A DNA stretch of 64,000 nt from the human T2T-CHM13v2.0 reference genome, Homo sapiens. The stretch spans positions 19,968,001 through 20,032,000 of the forward strand of contig CP068257.2 of assembly GCA_009914755.4 (NCBI GenBank). The letters run 5' to 3'. Within the stretch, counting starts at the first letter, position 1. Every line of letters begins with the position of its first letter. Shown here in pieces: positions 28,991 through 43,957 of this stretch. Made by a program: the position numbers and the translations under genes. Below the pieces are notes generated by a model. The model saw nothing but the letters and a program-made list of their open reading frames with translations. It had not been told where the DNA came from and did no database searches.

Positions 28991-31682
28991 AAGTTTACAA
29001 ATTTCAAAGCAAAATGACTTAACCTCCGTAGGCTTCAGTTTCATCAAATTTAAATTGTAGGTAGTAATAGTATCTATTTCATAAAGTAGTTTTAAGACCA
29101 AATCAGTTTGAAGACATCGTTTGTATACAGCAGTGCTTATCACTTTACTCACATATTAGCAGTTATTAGAAAGAGGTTATAATTGAGATTTACAGTTATT
29201 AAAGCCTTTTTCATTTCTATGATCTTGATTGCCACCAAACACCCATGATTAACCTGTAAGGTAGACTGAATGGAAATCCTTAGGCCCTCTTTATATTGGG
29301 AAACAAAGGGTCAGCATTCAAATGAATTATGTAGGATCATAAGTCAGAATTGGAAATAGGTCTTGTGATTCCTAGAGCAATCATTTTTCCATTACGCACA
29401 TTTGTCTAAAGACACTCTTATACACTTAAAATTGTAGGCAACCCTCACCTTGCACAGTACCCTGTTAGGAGAAACCCATTAATGTCAGATCCATGCAAGG
29501 CAAGGAATAAGTATATTGAAGAACCCAAAGAACTTCTGTGTACCTGGTTTATATCTTTGGATGTTCACTGTATTACACATTTATATTAATATATGTAAAA
29601 CTCAAATAGATAAGCACACAGTCCATTAGTCCTCAAAATGATGACATCTTCATGCTATGAATCTCTGGAAGAAACCCACTGTATTCCTTTGAGAGAATAA
29701 GATTTAAAAAGACAAATAACATCTTGATATTATTATAAATTTATGCCCAAAAAAAGTCAAATTAAGGATGGTACGTTTGATCTCTTGGATGATAGGGAAG
29801 GGACTTGGAATACCCAGGGGTCCCCAGTCAACACTTTGAGAATGACTACAATATATTATATGCCATGAGACCACCTTTATACAGGTTGCCCTCTACCCCG
29901 TCTTTCTAATCTGCTGCCTAACAGTCTCCCTGCCCTTTTGCAGTAGCTTTTCCACATTCTCCCAGTCATTTTTTAGCTTGATCATTAATTTCACACTAGA
30001 CAGATTCTGAGTCCCTGTCCTCTTCAGGTCCATTGAGACTTTTCCTGCAGGCATATTCTCCTCCAGAATTAAATGGGATGAAAATAGGCCATAGAATGTC
30101 AGAGCTTTCTGCCTGTACCAAACTCTCAGCTCAGTTCATGCGGAGCCGAGCCAGGGATGAGAAGCAGCAGCTCAGTTCTCAGCTGGAGCAGAGCCAGAGA
30201 ACCTTGAGCTGTGAGCTGGCTTCAGAAGCCACAGCCATGGCCCCGGACAAGCAGGAGAATGAGGTGTGGCTGCTTTGGATGTGACCAAGTGAATGAAAGT
30301 CACAGAGGACTGCGCCAGGCAGGGCAGGGTCCGAGCCAGATGAGATTGATCCAGATGACTCATGAATAATCAACAATATGGAGAAGCAGTGGTGGCTACT
30401 TAATGCAGTTTATATAATGTAATTTCCTTTGTTTTTAGAGCATCATGAATGTCGATGAAATGCCCTTTCATTTCACATTTAAGCTCTAAAATGTCACCAC
30501 AATTTCCAGTTTATTAGATGATGTGTTTCTTTAAAACATTTGGTTTTACAAATACCATGCTCTATTGTTGCATAAGGTCAGAATTATTTTCTGCCTGTTT
30601 ATATGCAGCTTTACCAACTAAATCAATTTTTGGTTTTTAGGAGCATGGAACCACAGTTAATAGGTTAGAATTTGTTGTACATAACATTTCTTCGTAACAG
30701 ATCCTTACACTGAATATGTGATGTTTACTGAAACATCTCATCATAGCCTTTCATGCACAAGATGGCATAAGATATGCTGATTGATTACTAAACATCCTTC
30801 CCTATAATTCTGCATTATCCACAAATGTTTATTGAACCCTTCTTTGGCATAGATAACTGAACTGGTAGCTACATATAAAAAGTAACTATAAAACGTAGCC
30901 TCCCATAAAGACTTAGGGTCTAGATGAGAAAACACATATGCATTCATAAACATACATGAGCAAACACAATGCATCCACAGTAATATAAGCTAAATGTTAA
31001 ATGTCAAATAACGTAAACCGGATATATAGAAGGGTAGAGGAGGGATCTAATGATGGAAGTTTGTCTTTTGTCAGCTCAGTTTTCCTTTGGTAATGCACTT
31101 CATCATTCTTCATACCATTGTGATAAAATAAGATTAAAATGAACCTCAAAAACCAGTAGGGTGTTTACATGACTCCTGTCTGGTTAATCAGCATATTCTT
31201 CCCCTAGCCACACTGCCTCAAGTTGGACCAGTGAATAATCTGCTTTTTGATTTACCAGAACAATGTGGAAGGAACTATTTCTATGGGGGTTATAGGCTGG
31301 TAGGAGGAAATCATGAAAGTTCTCCTGGTCATATTTGTCTCTCAGTTACAAAAACCTTCTGAAAACAAAGTCAAGACTGAAAAAAGCAGGATTAAGAGGT
31401 ATAGAAGGAAGGATTCCTGGATCTAGCAATACTTGGAATCTCTTCCACTCCTGGTCTTTTCCAAGGATGTGAGCTGATAAAGCCCTTTTATTTGTAAGCT
31501 GTTTTAATTAGGTTTATAGCACCAGTAACTGTAAGGGTCCTAATTCACACAGAGGCAATGATAACTTAAGGACTGCCATTCTCAAAACTTCTTCAAAGAA
31601 TGTTTTGAGCAGAGCCCTGAGTGCTGTTTAAAACTGTTAAAAGAAAAACTTCTACTGGCAGCTTTCATGTGCTGGCATTGAG

Positions 31683-32821
31683 TGTCTCTGGCTTTTCCAG
31701 GTACAGAGTGTAAGCTGTTGGTGGATCTACCATTCTAGGTTCTGAAGGACAGTGGCCCTCTTCTCACAGTTTCACTAGACAGTGCCCCAGTGTGGACTCT
31801 GCATGGGGGTACAGACCCCACACTTCCCTTCTGCATTGCCCTAGCAGAGATTCTCCATGAGGATTCCACCCCTGCAGGAAACTTCTGCCTGGATATCCAG
31901 GTGTTACCGTACATCCTCTGAAATCTAGTAGGAGGTTCCCAAAGCTCAATTCTTGACTTATGTGCACCCGCAGGCCCAACAACTTGTGTAAGCTGCCAAA
32001 GTCTTGGGGCTTGCACCCTCTGAAGCAATGCCTGAGCTGCATGTTGGCCCCTTTTAGCCATGGCTGGGATGCAGGGCAGGGCACAAAGCTCTGAGGCTGC
32101 ATAAAGCGCAAGGCCGTAGGCCCACTACACAAAACCAATTTTTCCTCCAGGTCTCTGGGCCTGTGATGGGAGAAGCTGCTGTGAAGATGTCTGACGTGTC
32201 CTGGAGACATTTTCCCCATTGTCTTGGTGATTAACACTTGGCTCCTCGTTACTTATGCATATTTCTGGAGCAGGCTTTAATTTTTCATCAGAAAATGAGT
32301 TTTTCTTTCCTATCACATCAACAAGCTGTAAACATTCCAAACTTTAATGCTCCGCTTCCCTTTTAAGTATAAGTTCCAATTCCAAACTATCTCTTTTTGG
32401 ATGCATAAAACTGAATGCTTTTAAGAGCACCGAGGTCATCTCCTGAATGCTTTGCTGCTTAGAAATTTCTTCTGCCCAATATTATATATCATCTCTCTCA
32501 AGTTCAAAGTTCTGCAGATCTCTAGGGCAAAGGCAAAATGCTGCCAGTCTCTTTGCTAAAGCATAACAAGAGTGAATCTTATTCCAGTTCCCAACAAGCT
32601 CTCCATCTCCATCTGAGATCACTTCAGCCTGGATTTCATTGTCCATATCACTATCGGCATTTTGGTGAAAGGCATTGAACAAGTCTCTAGCAAGTTCCAG
32701 AATTTCCCAGATCTTCCTGTCTTCTTTGAGCCCTCCAAACTGTTCTAAACTCTGCCTGTTATCCAGTTCCAATGTTGCTTCCACATTTTCAGGTATCTTA
32801 TAGCAGTGTTCCAGTACATTG
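31683..32821 (-). mobile_element. ERVL-MaLR internal region (THE1/MST-int), 5' ~1.1 kb portion, antisense, truncated at the lower-coordinate end
   Basis: Its reverse complement is co-linear with the internal regions of the two complete MaLR copies at 42033.. and 48325... It carries the same decayed ORF (MLITKTMGKMSPGHVRHLHS..., 31764-32237 minus), homologous to MLIPKTVGKMSP... in the other copies. Confidence 0.8.
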
Positions 32822-33196
32822 TGTTAGTCCATTCTCGTATTGCTTTGAGAAAATACCCAAGACTGGGTAAGTGGTGAAGGAAAAAGCTTTAATTGACTCA
32901 CAGTTCAGCATGGCTGGGAAGCCTCAGGAAACTTACAATCAAGGCAGAAGGGGAAATGGAAGCAAGACACCTTCTTCACAAGGTGGCAGAAAGGACAATG
33001 AATGCAGGAGGAACTACCAAACATTATAAAACCATCAGATTTTGTGAGAACTCACTCACTGTCACAAGAACAGCATGGGGATAACTGCCTCCATGATTTA
33101 ATTATCTCCACCTTGTATCTCCCTTGGCACATGGGAGTTATGGGGATTAAAATTCAAGATGAAATTTAGGGTGAGGACACAGCCAAACCATATACC
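32822..33196 (-). mobile_element. MST-type MaLR 5' LTR belonging to the internal region above
   Basis: The reverse complement reads tgtatatggtttggctgtgtcctcaccctaaatttcatcttgaatt...ggaggcagttatccccatgctgttcttgtgacagtgagtgagttctcacaaaatctgatggttttataatg...ccttgattgtaagtttcctgaggcttcccagccatgctgaactgtgagtcaattaaagcttttt...acccagtcttgggtattttctcaaagcaatacgagaatggactaacaca. Confidence 0.8.
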
Positions 33197-34010
33197 CTTA
33201 TAAGCAATTGCTCAAATTTCCCTTTCAGCATTTCTTGTGTTTTAAAAAATATTATCTTAGTGAAAGTAACACATTTAAGTACATGAAAAGTATGTTACTA
33301 AAGCTTATGTGAAACTAGCTTTCTTCTGCCTGTTCTATTTTTGCTTCTCTCCACCAACACTTTCAGTACTAGAGAAAAATATTTTCAAGTCTTTCAGCTC
33401 TTCTTTCATATATTAGCTCTATGTTTTCAAATAATATGTTTATACTGTTCCTTTTTAAGTTTTCAACTTCAAATATATATAGTCTTCTTGTCAAATTAGT
33501 TGACAATATTAACCACCTACTTCCATTTTGCCTCAAATAGAATTTTGATTTTTGGTCAAATTATGAATTAGTATTTGCTTGAGCTGTGTAAATATTGAGA
33601 CTATGTTAATACTTCCACCAATGAGTCACATAGAACTAAAAAGAGGGGAGGCTATAATTATGATTCATTTTTTAGTTAAATAGGTTTTGCCCATCTTCTG
33701 CATCAAAACTGTCAAATTGTTTTTGGAAATACTATTTCCCAAATGCTCAAATGTGTCTGATAGCCTTCAATTTCCATTTTTCTTCTTGACTCTTCTGGCG
33801 CCACCTCCCCTGATTCCGTTTGCATTCTCAACTTCAAGCTGCCAGTTTTCATTCTTATGTTCAAGTTACCTGGCACCATACGTGCTGAACCTTCCTGGTA
33901 TTTGATGGGGCTTGTTTGCTCATAGATGATTTCTTCTTTAACTCTGCCATGTCAGCTACTGTATCTCTGTTGGATTAAAAAAAAATGTTGAAATCTCATT
34001 GGGGTTTGTA

Positions 34011-34516
34011 CAGTTGACCCCAGAGCAACATGGCTTGAATTGCACAGCTTCACTTATATAACGATTTTTTACAAAATATGTTTCACCGCGTGTGCCTACC
34101 TCTCCTGCTTCCACTTGCATCTCCTCCACCTCTTCCAGCTCTGCCATCCTTGAGAAGGCAAACCCAACCTATTCTTTCTCCTATTCCTCAGTCTACTTAC
34201 TCAATGTGAGGACAATAAAGAGGATGAAGACTTTTAAAACAATCGCTTCCACATCATGAATAGTCAATGTATTTTCTGTTTCTTATGATTTTTGTCATAC
34301 ATTTTATGTTCTCCGGCTTACTTTATTGTAAGAATACAGCATATTATAAATTTAACATACAAAATGTGTTAATAACTATTTATTTTATAGGTAAATCTTC
34401 CAGTGAATAATAGGCTATTAGTAGTTAAGTTTGTTGGGATTCAAATGTTTTATAGGGAATTTCGACTACACAGAGTATCTGCACCCCTACCCTTCACATT
34501 GTTAAAGGGTCAGCTG
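34011..34516 (+). mobile_element. Non-autonomous DNA transposon with TIRs, copy 1, family not confidently named
   Basis: The termini cagttgaccccagagcaacatgg... and ...ttgttaaagggtcagctg are inverted complements of each other. The interior (cctactcaatgtgaggacaataaagaggatgaagac...cttactttattgtaagaatacagcatattataaatttaacatacaaaatgtgttaa...tagtagttaagtttgttgggattcaaatgttttatagggaatttcgactac) is homologous to copy 2 at 57992-58422. Confidence 0.6.
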
Positions 34517-34743
34517 CACCTATTAATTTACATTTTTCTTTAGCTTATTTTCTTTATTTTAATTTTCAATAGGAGACAAAATAATTGCATGTTGTTCATC
34601 TACCTAGATTTTCTGGAAAGTTTTCTATTCGTTTTAATTTCTGTGGTTCCTGTCATAGTATATTTGAATTTCATATTTCATATTCCCTTTGGATTTTTGG
34701 TTAAAATAACTTTTTAATTTAACATTTATTTATTTATTTAGTG

Positions 34744-35023
<280 letters not shown>

Positions 35024-35039
35024 TTTAATTTTATTTTTA

Positions 35040-38195
<3,156 letters not shown>

Positions 38196-39786
38196 CACTT
38201 TTTGGTGTTGAGTGGTGTTGAGTGTTGTTTCCAAACGGACTCACTTTTCCCCCTTAAAATCTTCCTTTGCATTCTCAAGAGTCTTAGCATTTTGTAAATG
38301 TTTTATTAAAGCATACAAAGAACTCAGAAATTATTTTTAGGCCCCTAAGTTTCTGCTCACAGATTTTAGTGACATCCCTGACTTGCTTCATAGTCACATA
38401 TAAGAATATATAAATCACTTTAAAACTGATTTTAGAATATTGCCTATGCTTTAAGAAGCTTCTTAAAATCAGTGGTCTACAAATATACACAGGTGTCTTG
38501 TTAAGTTAATCAGCATTTGTTCTTGAGAAACAGTCACCCAGGAGGCTGTGAGATATTGTAACTTTGGTGGTTGGAAATTTAGAACAGGAAAACTTTAGGA
38601 ATAATAAGTTTAAAATCATTTTGTATTCACCCTGGTGCTCCAACTTCACCGAATAGATCCATTGTCAATCAGTTAGAGATGGCAGCCCAGATTCCATAAA
38701 ATACATATTGATTTTACCCATAGACTTACCCTGGTCTGGGAATGCAAGTTTCAGATTAATGCTTCCATACTTTTTCTCTAAATTCCCTTTTAAATGGTAT
38801 TTGTCCCTCACAAGAAGAAAACAAAATCAAAACAAAAAAACCCTCATCACCAATTTAACTATTAAAAAATGGTTACAGATGTGTTGTTTATTTTTAGTTG
38901 TTAACTATGGTCTTTCATGTCTGTATTTAATGACAGAGCTCTGATTAATTTACTCTCAACAAGTATGCGTCTTATGTGTTTTTTTTTTCTATTTTGAGGT
39001 CTTTCAAGTGCTCTTGACAATAACATAAATTCTATCTGCCCATGTACATTGGAGCTCTATTATCATGGACTGTGAGTGTAAAAAGAGAAGCAGTAGATCC
39101 TCATTATATGCGGATTCAGTATTTGCAAATTTGTCAATTTCCTAAAATTATTTGCAGCCCCCAAATTGATACTTCCAGAGCTTTGATGATCATTCACAAA
39201 AATGCCCAGAACAGCAAAAAACTTGAGCCGTCCAAATTACACATTTTCAGCTAAGGTCAAATGTACCACTCTCTCACTGAATACATTTTTGTATTGAATT
39301 TTGTGCATGTTTTTTGTGCATGTTTTCTTCATTTTTTGTGCTTTCTGTTTTTGATTTTGCTGTTTAAAAATGTTCCCTAAGTATAATGCTGAAGTGCTGT
39401 CTAGGGTACGTAGGTGCAAGAAGACTACAATGTGATAGAGAAAATAATGTGTAACATGAGTTTCCTTCAGGCATGTGTTGTAGTGCTGTTGGTCTTGCAG
39501 TCAATGTTAATGAATTAGCAAGATATATTAAATAAGACCCCTTTAAATATAAACACACATAACACAAGGTGATGTAAAAGTTTGATGAAAATATTGTGAG
39601 CAGAATCTTGCAGCAACCTAACTCTGTATTTTCCTTAGGAGCAATGATTCTGTATTTGCTATACCAGTGTTGACAGTATAAAACATAACCACTGTGAATA
39701 ATAAGAATAGATTGTATTTAAATATTACCTTTGTGGATGCCTATTCTATTATAATTTGGAAATCTTGTGGTGGAAGCTATTGTGGT

Positions 39787-40083
39787 TTTTGTTTTGTTTT
39801 GAGACAGGGTCTTACTTTGTCACCCAGTTGGGAGTGCAGTTGCACAGTCTCGGCTCACTGTATCCTCCACCTCCTAGGCTCAAGTGTTCCTCCTGCCTTC
39901 CCAGTCCCCCAAGTAGCAGAAACCACAGGTGTGCGCCACCATGCCTGGTTAATTTTTGTAGTTTTTGTAGAGAATGGGTCTCACCATGTTGCCCAGGCTG
40001 TTCTTGAACTCCTGACCTCAAGCCATCTGCCCTCCTCGGCCTCCCAAAGTGCTAGATTACAGGCATAAGCCACTGCACCTGGT
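39787..40083 (-). mobile_element. Alu SINE (antisense, diverged/older) with a T-rich tail at its low-coordinate end
   Basis: ttttgttttgttttgagacagggtcttactttgtcacccagttgggagtgcagttgcacagtctcggctcactgtatcctccacctcctaggctcaagtgttcctcctgccttcccagtcccccaagtagcagaaaccacaggtgtgcgccaccatgcctggttaatttttgtagtttttgtagagaatgggtctcaccatgttgcccaggctgttcttgaactcctgacctcaagccatctgccctcctcggcctcccaaagtgctagattacaggcataagccactgcacctgg. Confidence 0.9.
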
Positions 40084-40914
40084 GTGTGTTTTTTTTTTTT
40101 TTTCGCCATTTCAAATCAAAGTTGGATTAATGGGTTGCCCTCATCTAATTTTTATTGTTATTCTAAGATAAATATTAACTAAGTTGATTGTCTTATTTTC
40201 ATTTCTATTTGCTCACTTTTATAAGCCATAAAAAGAGAAAAAGACCAAGTTTTATGTTAAAATGAATCTGTTTTGTTCTTATTTACAGAATTGTGTATAT
40301 ACTTTTAAAATCATCCCATTAAATTGCTTTAAAACTGTTTCTCCTGGGTTTTTTAGTAATTATAATTATAGCAATATCTGAACCCTTAAATCCCAAATAG
40401 TATGTTGTTTACCTGCTTCAGTAAGGATTTCTGAGTTACTTCGCTGGTAAAATCAATTGAAACATTTCTTTTTCTTGAAAAATTCTATCATCTTTTTTTT
40501 AAGTGATATAGAAAGAAATATTGACCTTCGCTTTTAAAATACAAGATTATCAACCAACTATAATCCTTTACAAAAATAAGTGCGTTTCACTATCATGCCA
40601 TATGCAATAATCAAATGATAATTTCAGTTAAAATAAAACAAGCTATAACTGAATATTTCAAATTATTATCCCAAGCTTTGACTTTATTTTATTTTCTCAC
40701 TAAGAATTACAGCTTCAGCAAAATATACTACAGACTAGTACATGGATAATAAGTTAGTGATTTAGATAGTTACTTGGATTTTTTAAATATTTAACTCTAT
40801 GTATTTGTATACATTCAAATCAGAGTCTCTTTTTTGTTGTTGTTTAATGTTAATGCAAATGAGTTTTGCCAACTATAGGCCTTTGAGAACTAACCTTGTA
40901 GTTCCATTGTAGGT

Positions 40915-40952
40915 CCATTATCAATAATTAAGGTCCATTATCAATAATTAAG
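40915..40952. repeat. Local 19-bp tandem duplication (2 copies)
   Basis: gtccattatcaataattaag|gtccattatcaataattaag. Confidence 0.9.
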
Positions 40953-41257
40953 ATAAGATTGACCTTTTCTTGCCTTTCATATTTCTATTTTGGTGCAAAA
41001 ATGACTCTTCTCCCATTACAAAAAAAATCTTTGCAGTTGCTGAAGCAGAACAATTACTTTATTTCCACTTCAGAGAAATTTCTTTTTTGGAGGTTGAAAC
41101 ACCTGCTATGCATACATTATGTAAAGAACATACCAATCATTTAGAATGAAAGTTTGAATATAAATGTCAGACATTACTGAAAACTGTTTCATAATGTGCT
41201 TATGCATCAATTTCATTGTTTTACTCTTTTATTGCTATAGAAGCAGGCAGATATACG

Positions 41258-41320
41258 AGTGTGTGTATACATATATTTGTATACATATGTGTGTGTATTG
41301 TGTGTATGTAGGTGTGTAAT
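41258..41320. repeat. (TG)n / (TGTGTA)n-like microsatellite
   Basis: gtgtgtgtatacatatatttgtatacatatgtgtgtgtattgtgtgtatgtaggtgtgt. Confidence 0.9.
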
Positions 41321-41678
41321 TAATAGACAAGTATAACAACTAGTAATTAACAAATAAATAACATCAATTATTTACCTGTTTTAACATCACCTGGCCACAG
41401 TTCCACCTAAATGATGGCAACATGTTTCCAATCTGTGGCTTTCTGCTACGTTTTATTTGCCTTGGAATATTTGCATTTACTCATCAATGCTACAAACTTA
41501 CTTACATATTGTAGGGGCATGCAGATGTATTCCATGAGCTTCAATTAATAAATGATTGGGACTAAAAAGGAAAAAGTAAAGAAATTGAAATTTGACCTAC
41601 TGCCCAAAGCTTGCTAATTGCTTATTTTATTTCAGTTTTAATCTTCAGGTCCTGAGCAAATTATCCATCATAACCAGC

Positions 41679-43957
41679 TGATATGGTTTGGCTGTGCCCT
41701 CACTGAAATCTCAAATTGAGTTATATCTGTCAGAATTCCCAAGTGTTGTGGGAGCGACCTGGGGGAGGTAATTGAGTCAGGGGGGCTGGTCTTTACCGTG
41801 CTATCATCATGATAGTAAATAAGTCTCAAGAGATCTGATGGGTTTAACAGAGGTTTCTGCTTTTGCTTCTTTCATATTTTTCTCTTGCCACCACCATGTA
41901 AGAAGTGCCTTTCACCTGCCACCATGATTTTGAGGCCTCCCCAGGCAAGCAAAACTGTAAGGACAATTAAAACTCTTTTTGTTTCCAGTTTCAGGTATGT
42001 CTTTATCAGCAGCATGAAAATGAACTAATACAGTTAATTGGTACCAGGAGTGGTGTGATGCTGAAAAGACACCTGAAAATGTGCAAGAGGCTTTGGAACT
42101 GGGTAACAGGCAAAGGTTCTAACAGTTTGGAGGGCTCAGAAGAAGACAGGAAAATGTGGGAAAGTTTGGAACCTCCTAGAGACTTGTTGAATGCCTTTGA
42201 CCAAAATACTGATGGTGATATGAACAATAAGGTCCAGGCTAAGGTGGTCTCATATGGAGATGAGGAACTTGTTAGGAACTGGAGCAAAGATGACTCTTGT
42301 TATGTTTTTAGCAAAGAGACTGGCAGCATTTTGATCCTGCCCCAGAGATTTGTGGAACTTTAAATTTGAGAGAGATGATTTAGGGTATCTGGTGGAAGAA
42401 ATTTCTAAGCAGCAAAGCATTCAAGAGGTGACTTGCGTGCTGTTGAAGGTATTCAGTTTTAAAAGGGAAAAAGAGCATAAAAGTTCAGAAAATTTGTAGC
42501 CTAACAATGCAGTAGAAAGGAAAAACTCGTTTTTTTGAGTGGAAATTCAAGCTGGCTACAGAAATTTGCATAAGGAACTAGGACCCAAATGTTAATCCCC
42601 AAGACAGTGGGAAAAATGTCTCCAACCCATGTCAGAGATATTCATGGCAGCCTCTCCCATCACAGGCCCAAAGGCCCAGGAAGACAAAGTGGTTTTGTGG
42701 GCCTGGCCCACAGTTCTTGTGCTGTGTACAGCCTAGGGACCTGGTGCCCTGTGTACCAGCTGCTCCAGCCGTGGATGAAAGGGGCCAAAGTAGACCTCAT
42801 GCTGTGGCCTCAGGGGGTGGAAGCCCCAAGCCTTGGCAGCTTCCACATGGTGTTGAGCCTGTGGGTGCACAGAAATCAAGAACTGAAGTTTGGGAACATC
42901 CACATAGATTTCAGAAGTTGTATGGAAACACCTGGATGTCCAGGCAGAAGTTTGCTGCAGGACAGGGTGCTCATGAGAACCTCTGCTAAGACAGTGCAGA
43001 AGGAAAATGTGGGGTGGGAGCCAACACAGAGATCCAACTAGGGCACTGCCTAGTGGATTTGTGAGAAGAGGACCACTGTCCTCCAGTCCCCAGAATGGTA
43101 GATCCACCAATAGCTTGCACTGTGTGCCTGGAAAAGCTGCAGACACTCAACGCCAGCCCATGAAAGCAGCCAGGAGGAGAGCTGTACTCTGCAAAGCCAC
43201 AGGGGTGGAGCTGCCCGAGACTATGGAAACCCACCTCTTGCATCAGCGTGACCTGGATGTGAGATCTGGAGTCAAAGGAGATCATGTTGGAACTTTAAAA
43301 TTTGACTGCGCCACTGCGTTTCAGACTTGCATGGGCCCTGTAACTCCTTTGTTTTGGCCATTTTTTCCTATTTGGAATGGCTGTATTTACCCAATACCCG
43401 TATCCCCATTGTCTCTAGGAAGTAACTAGTTTGTTTTTGATTTTACAGGCTCATAGGTGGAAGAGACTTGCCTCATCTCCAATGAGACTTTGGTCTCTGA
43501 ACTTTTGGGTTAATGCTGAAACGAGTTAAGACTTTGGGAGACTGTTGGGAAGGCATGATTGGTTGTGAAATGTCAGGACATGAGATTTGGAGGGGCCAGG
43601 GATGGAATGATATGGTTTGGCTGTGCCCCCAGTGAAATCTAACTTGCATTGTATCCCCCATATTTCCCACATGCTGTGGGATGGACCCAGGGGGACGTAA
43701 TTGAATCATGGGGGCTGGTCTTTCCCGTGCCATTCTCATGATAGTAAATAAGTCTCATGAGATCTAACGGGTTTATCAGGGGTTTCCGCTTTTGGTTCTT
43801 CCTTATTTTTCTCTTGCTGCCATCATATAAGAAGTGCCTTTTGTCTCCCACCATGATTCTGAGGCCTCCCCAGCCATGTGGAACTGTAAGTCCAATTAAA
43901 ACTCTTTTTGTTCCCAGTTTCAGGTACGTCTTTATCAGCAGCATGAAAACTAGTACA
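41679..43957 (+). mobile_element. Complete ERVL-MaLR element (THE1/MST class): 5' LTR 41679-42032, internal 42033-43607, 3' LTR 43608-43957, flanked by the 5-bp TSD CCAGC
   Basis: Both LTRs start tgatatggtttggctgtgccc..., contain ...ggaggtaattga(a/g)tca(g/t)ggggctggtctttaccgtgc...gatagtaaataagtctca(a/t)gagatct...ccatgatt(t/c)tgaggcctcccca...aattaaaactctttttgtt(t/c)ccagtttcaggta(t/c)gtctttatcagcagcatgaaaa and end ...taataca / ...tagtaca. The interior (gttaattggtaccaggagtggtgtgatgctgaaaagacacctgaaaatgtgcaagaggctttggaactgggtaacaggcaaagg...) is THE1/MST-int. ccagc lies immediately 5' (41674-41678) and 3' (43958-43962). The two LTRs differ by roughly 15-20 percent, so this is an ancient insertion. 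The internal ORFs (42055-42363, 42589-43041, and so on) are decayed remnants. Confidence 0.85.

Noticed and set aside
31764-32237. 157-aa ORF (minus), with related ORFs at 42589-43041 and 48881-49352 that look like a repeated 'gene'
   Set aside because: All three lie in the homologous internal regions of MaLR retrotransposons. They are interrupted by frameshifts between copies and have no start context or conservation expected of a host gene. They are decayed retroelement sequence.
40084-40104. Poly-T tract immediately after the antisense Alu at 39787-40083
   Set aside because: For a minus-strand Alu the A-tail is at the opposite (low-coordinate) end, so this T-run is not that Alu's tail. 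It is probably an independent homopolymer or a remnant of another element. There is not enough sequence signal to call it.
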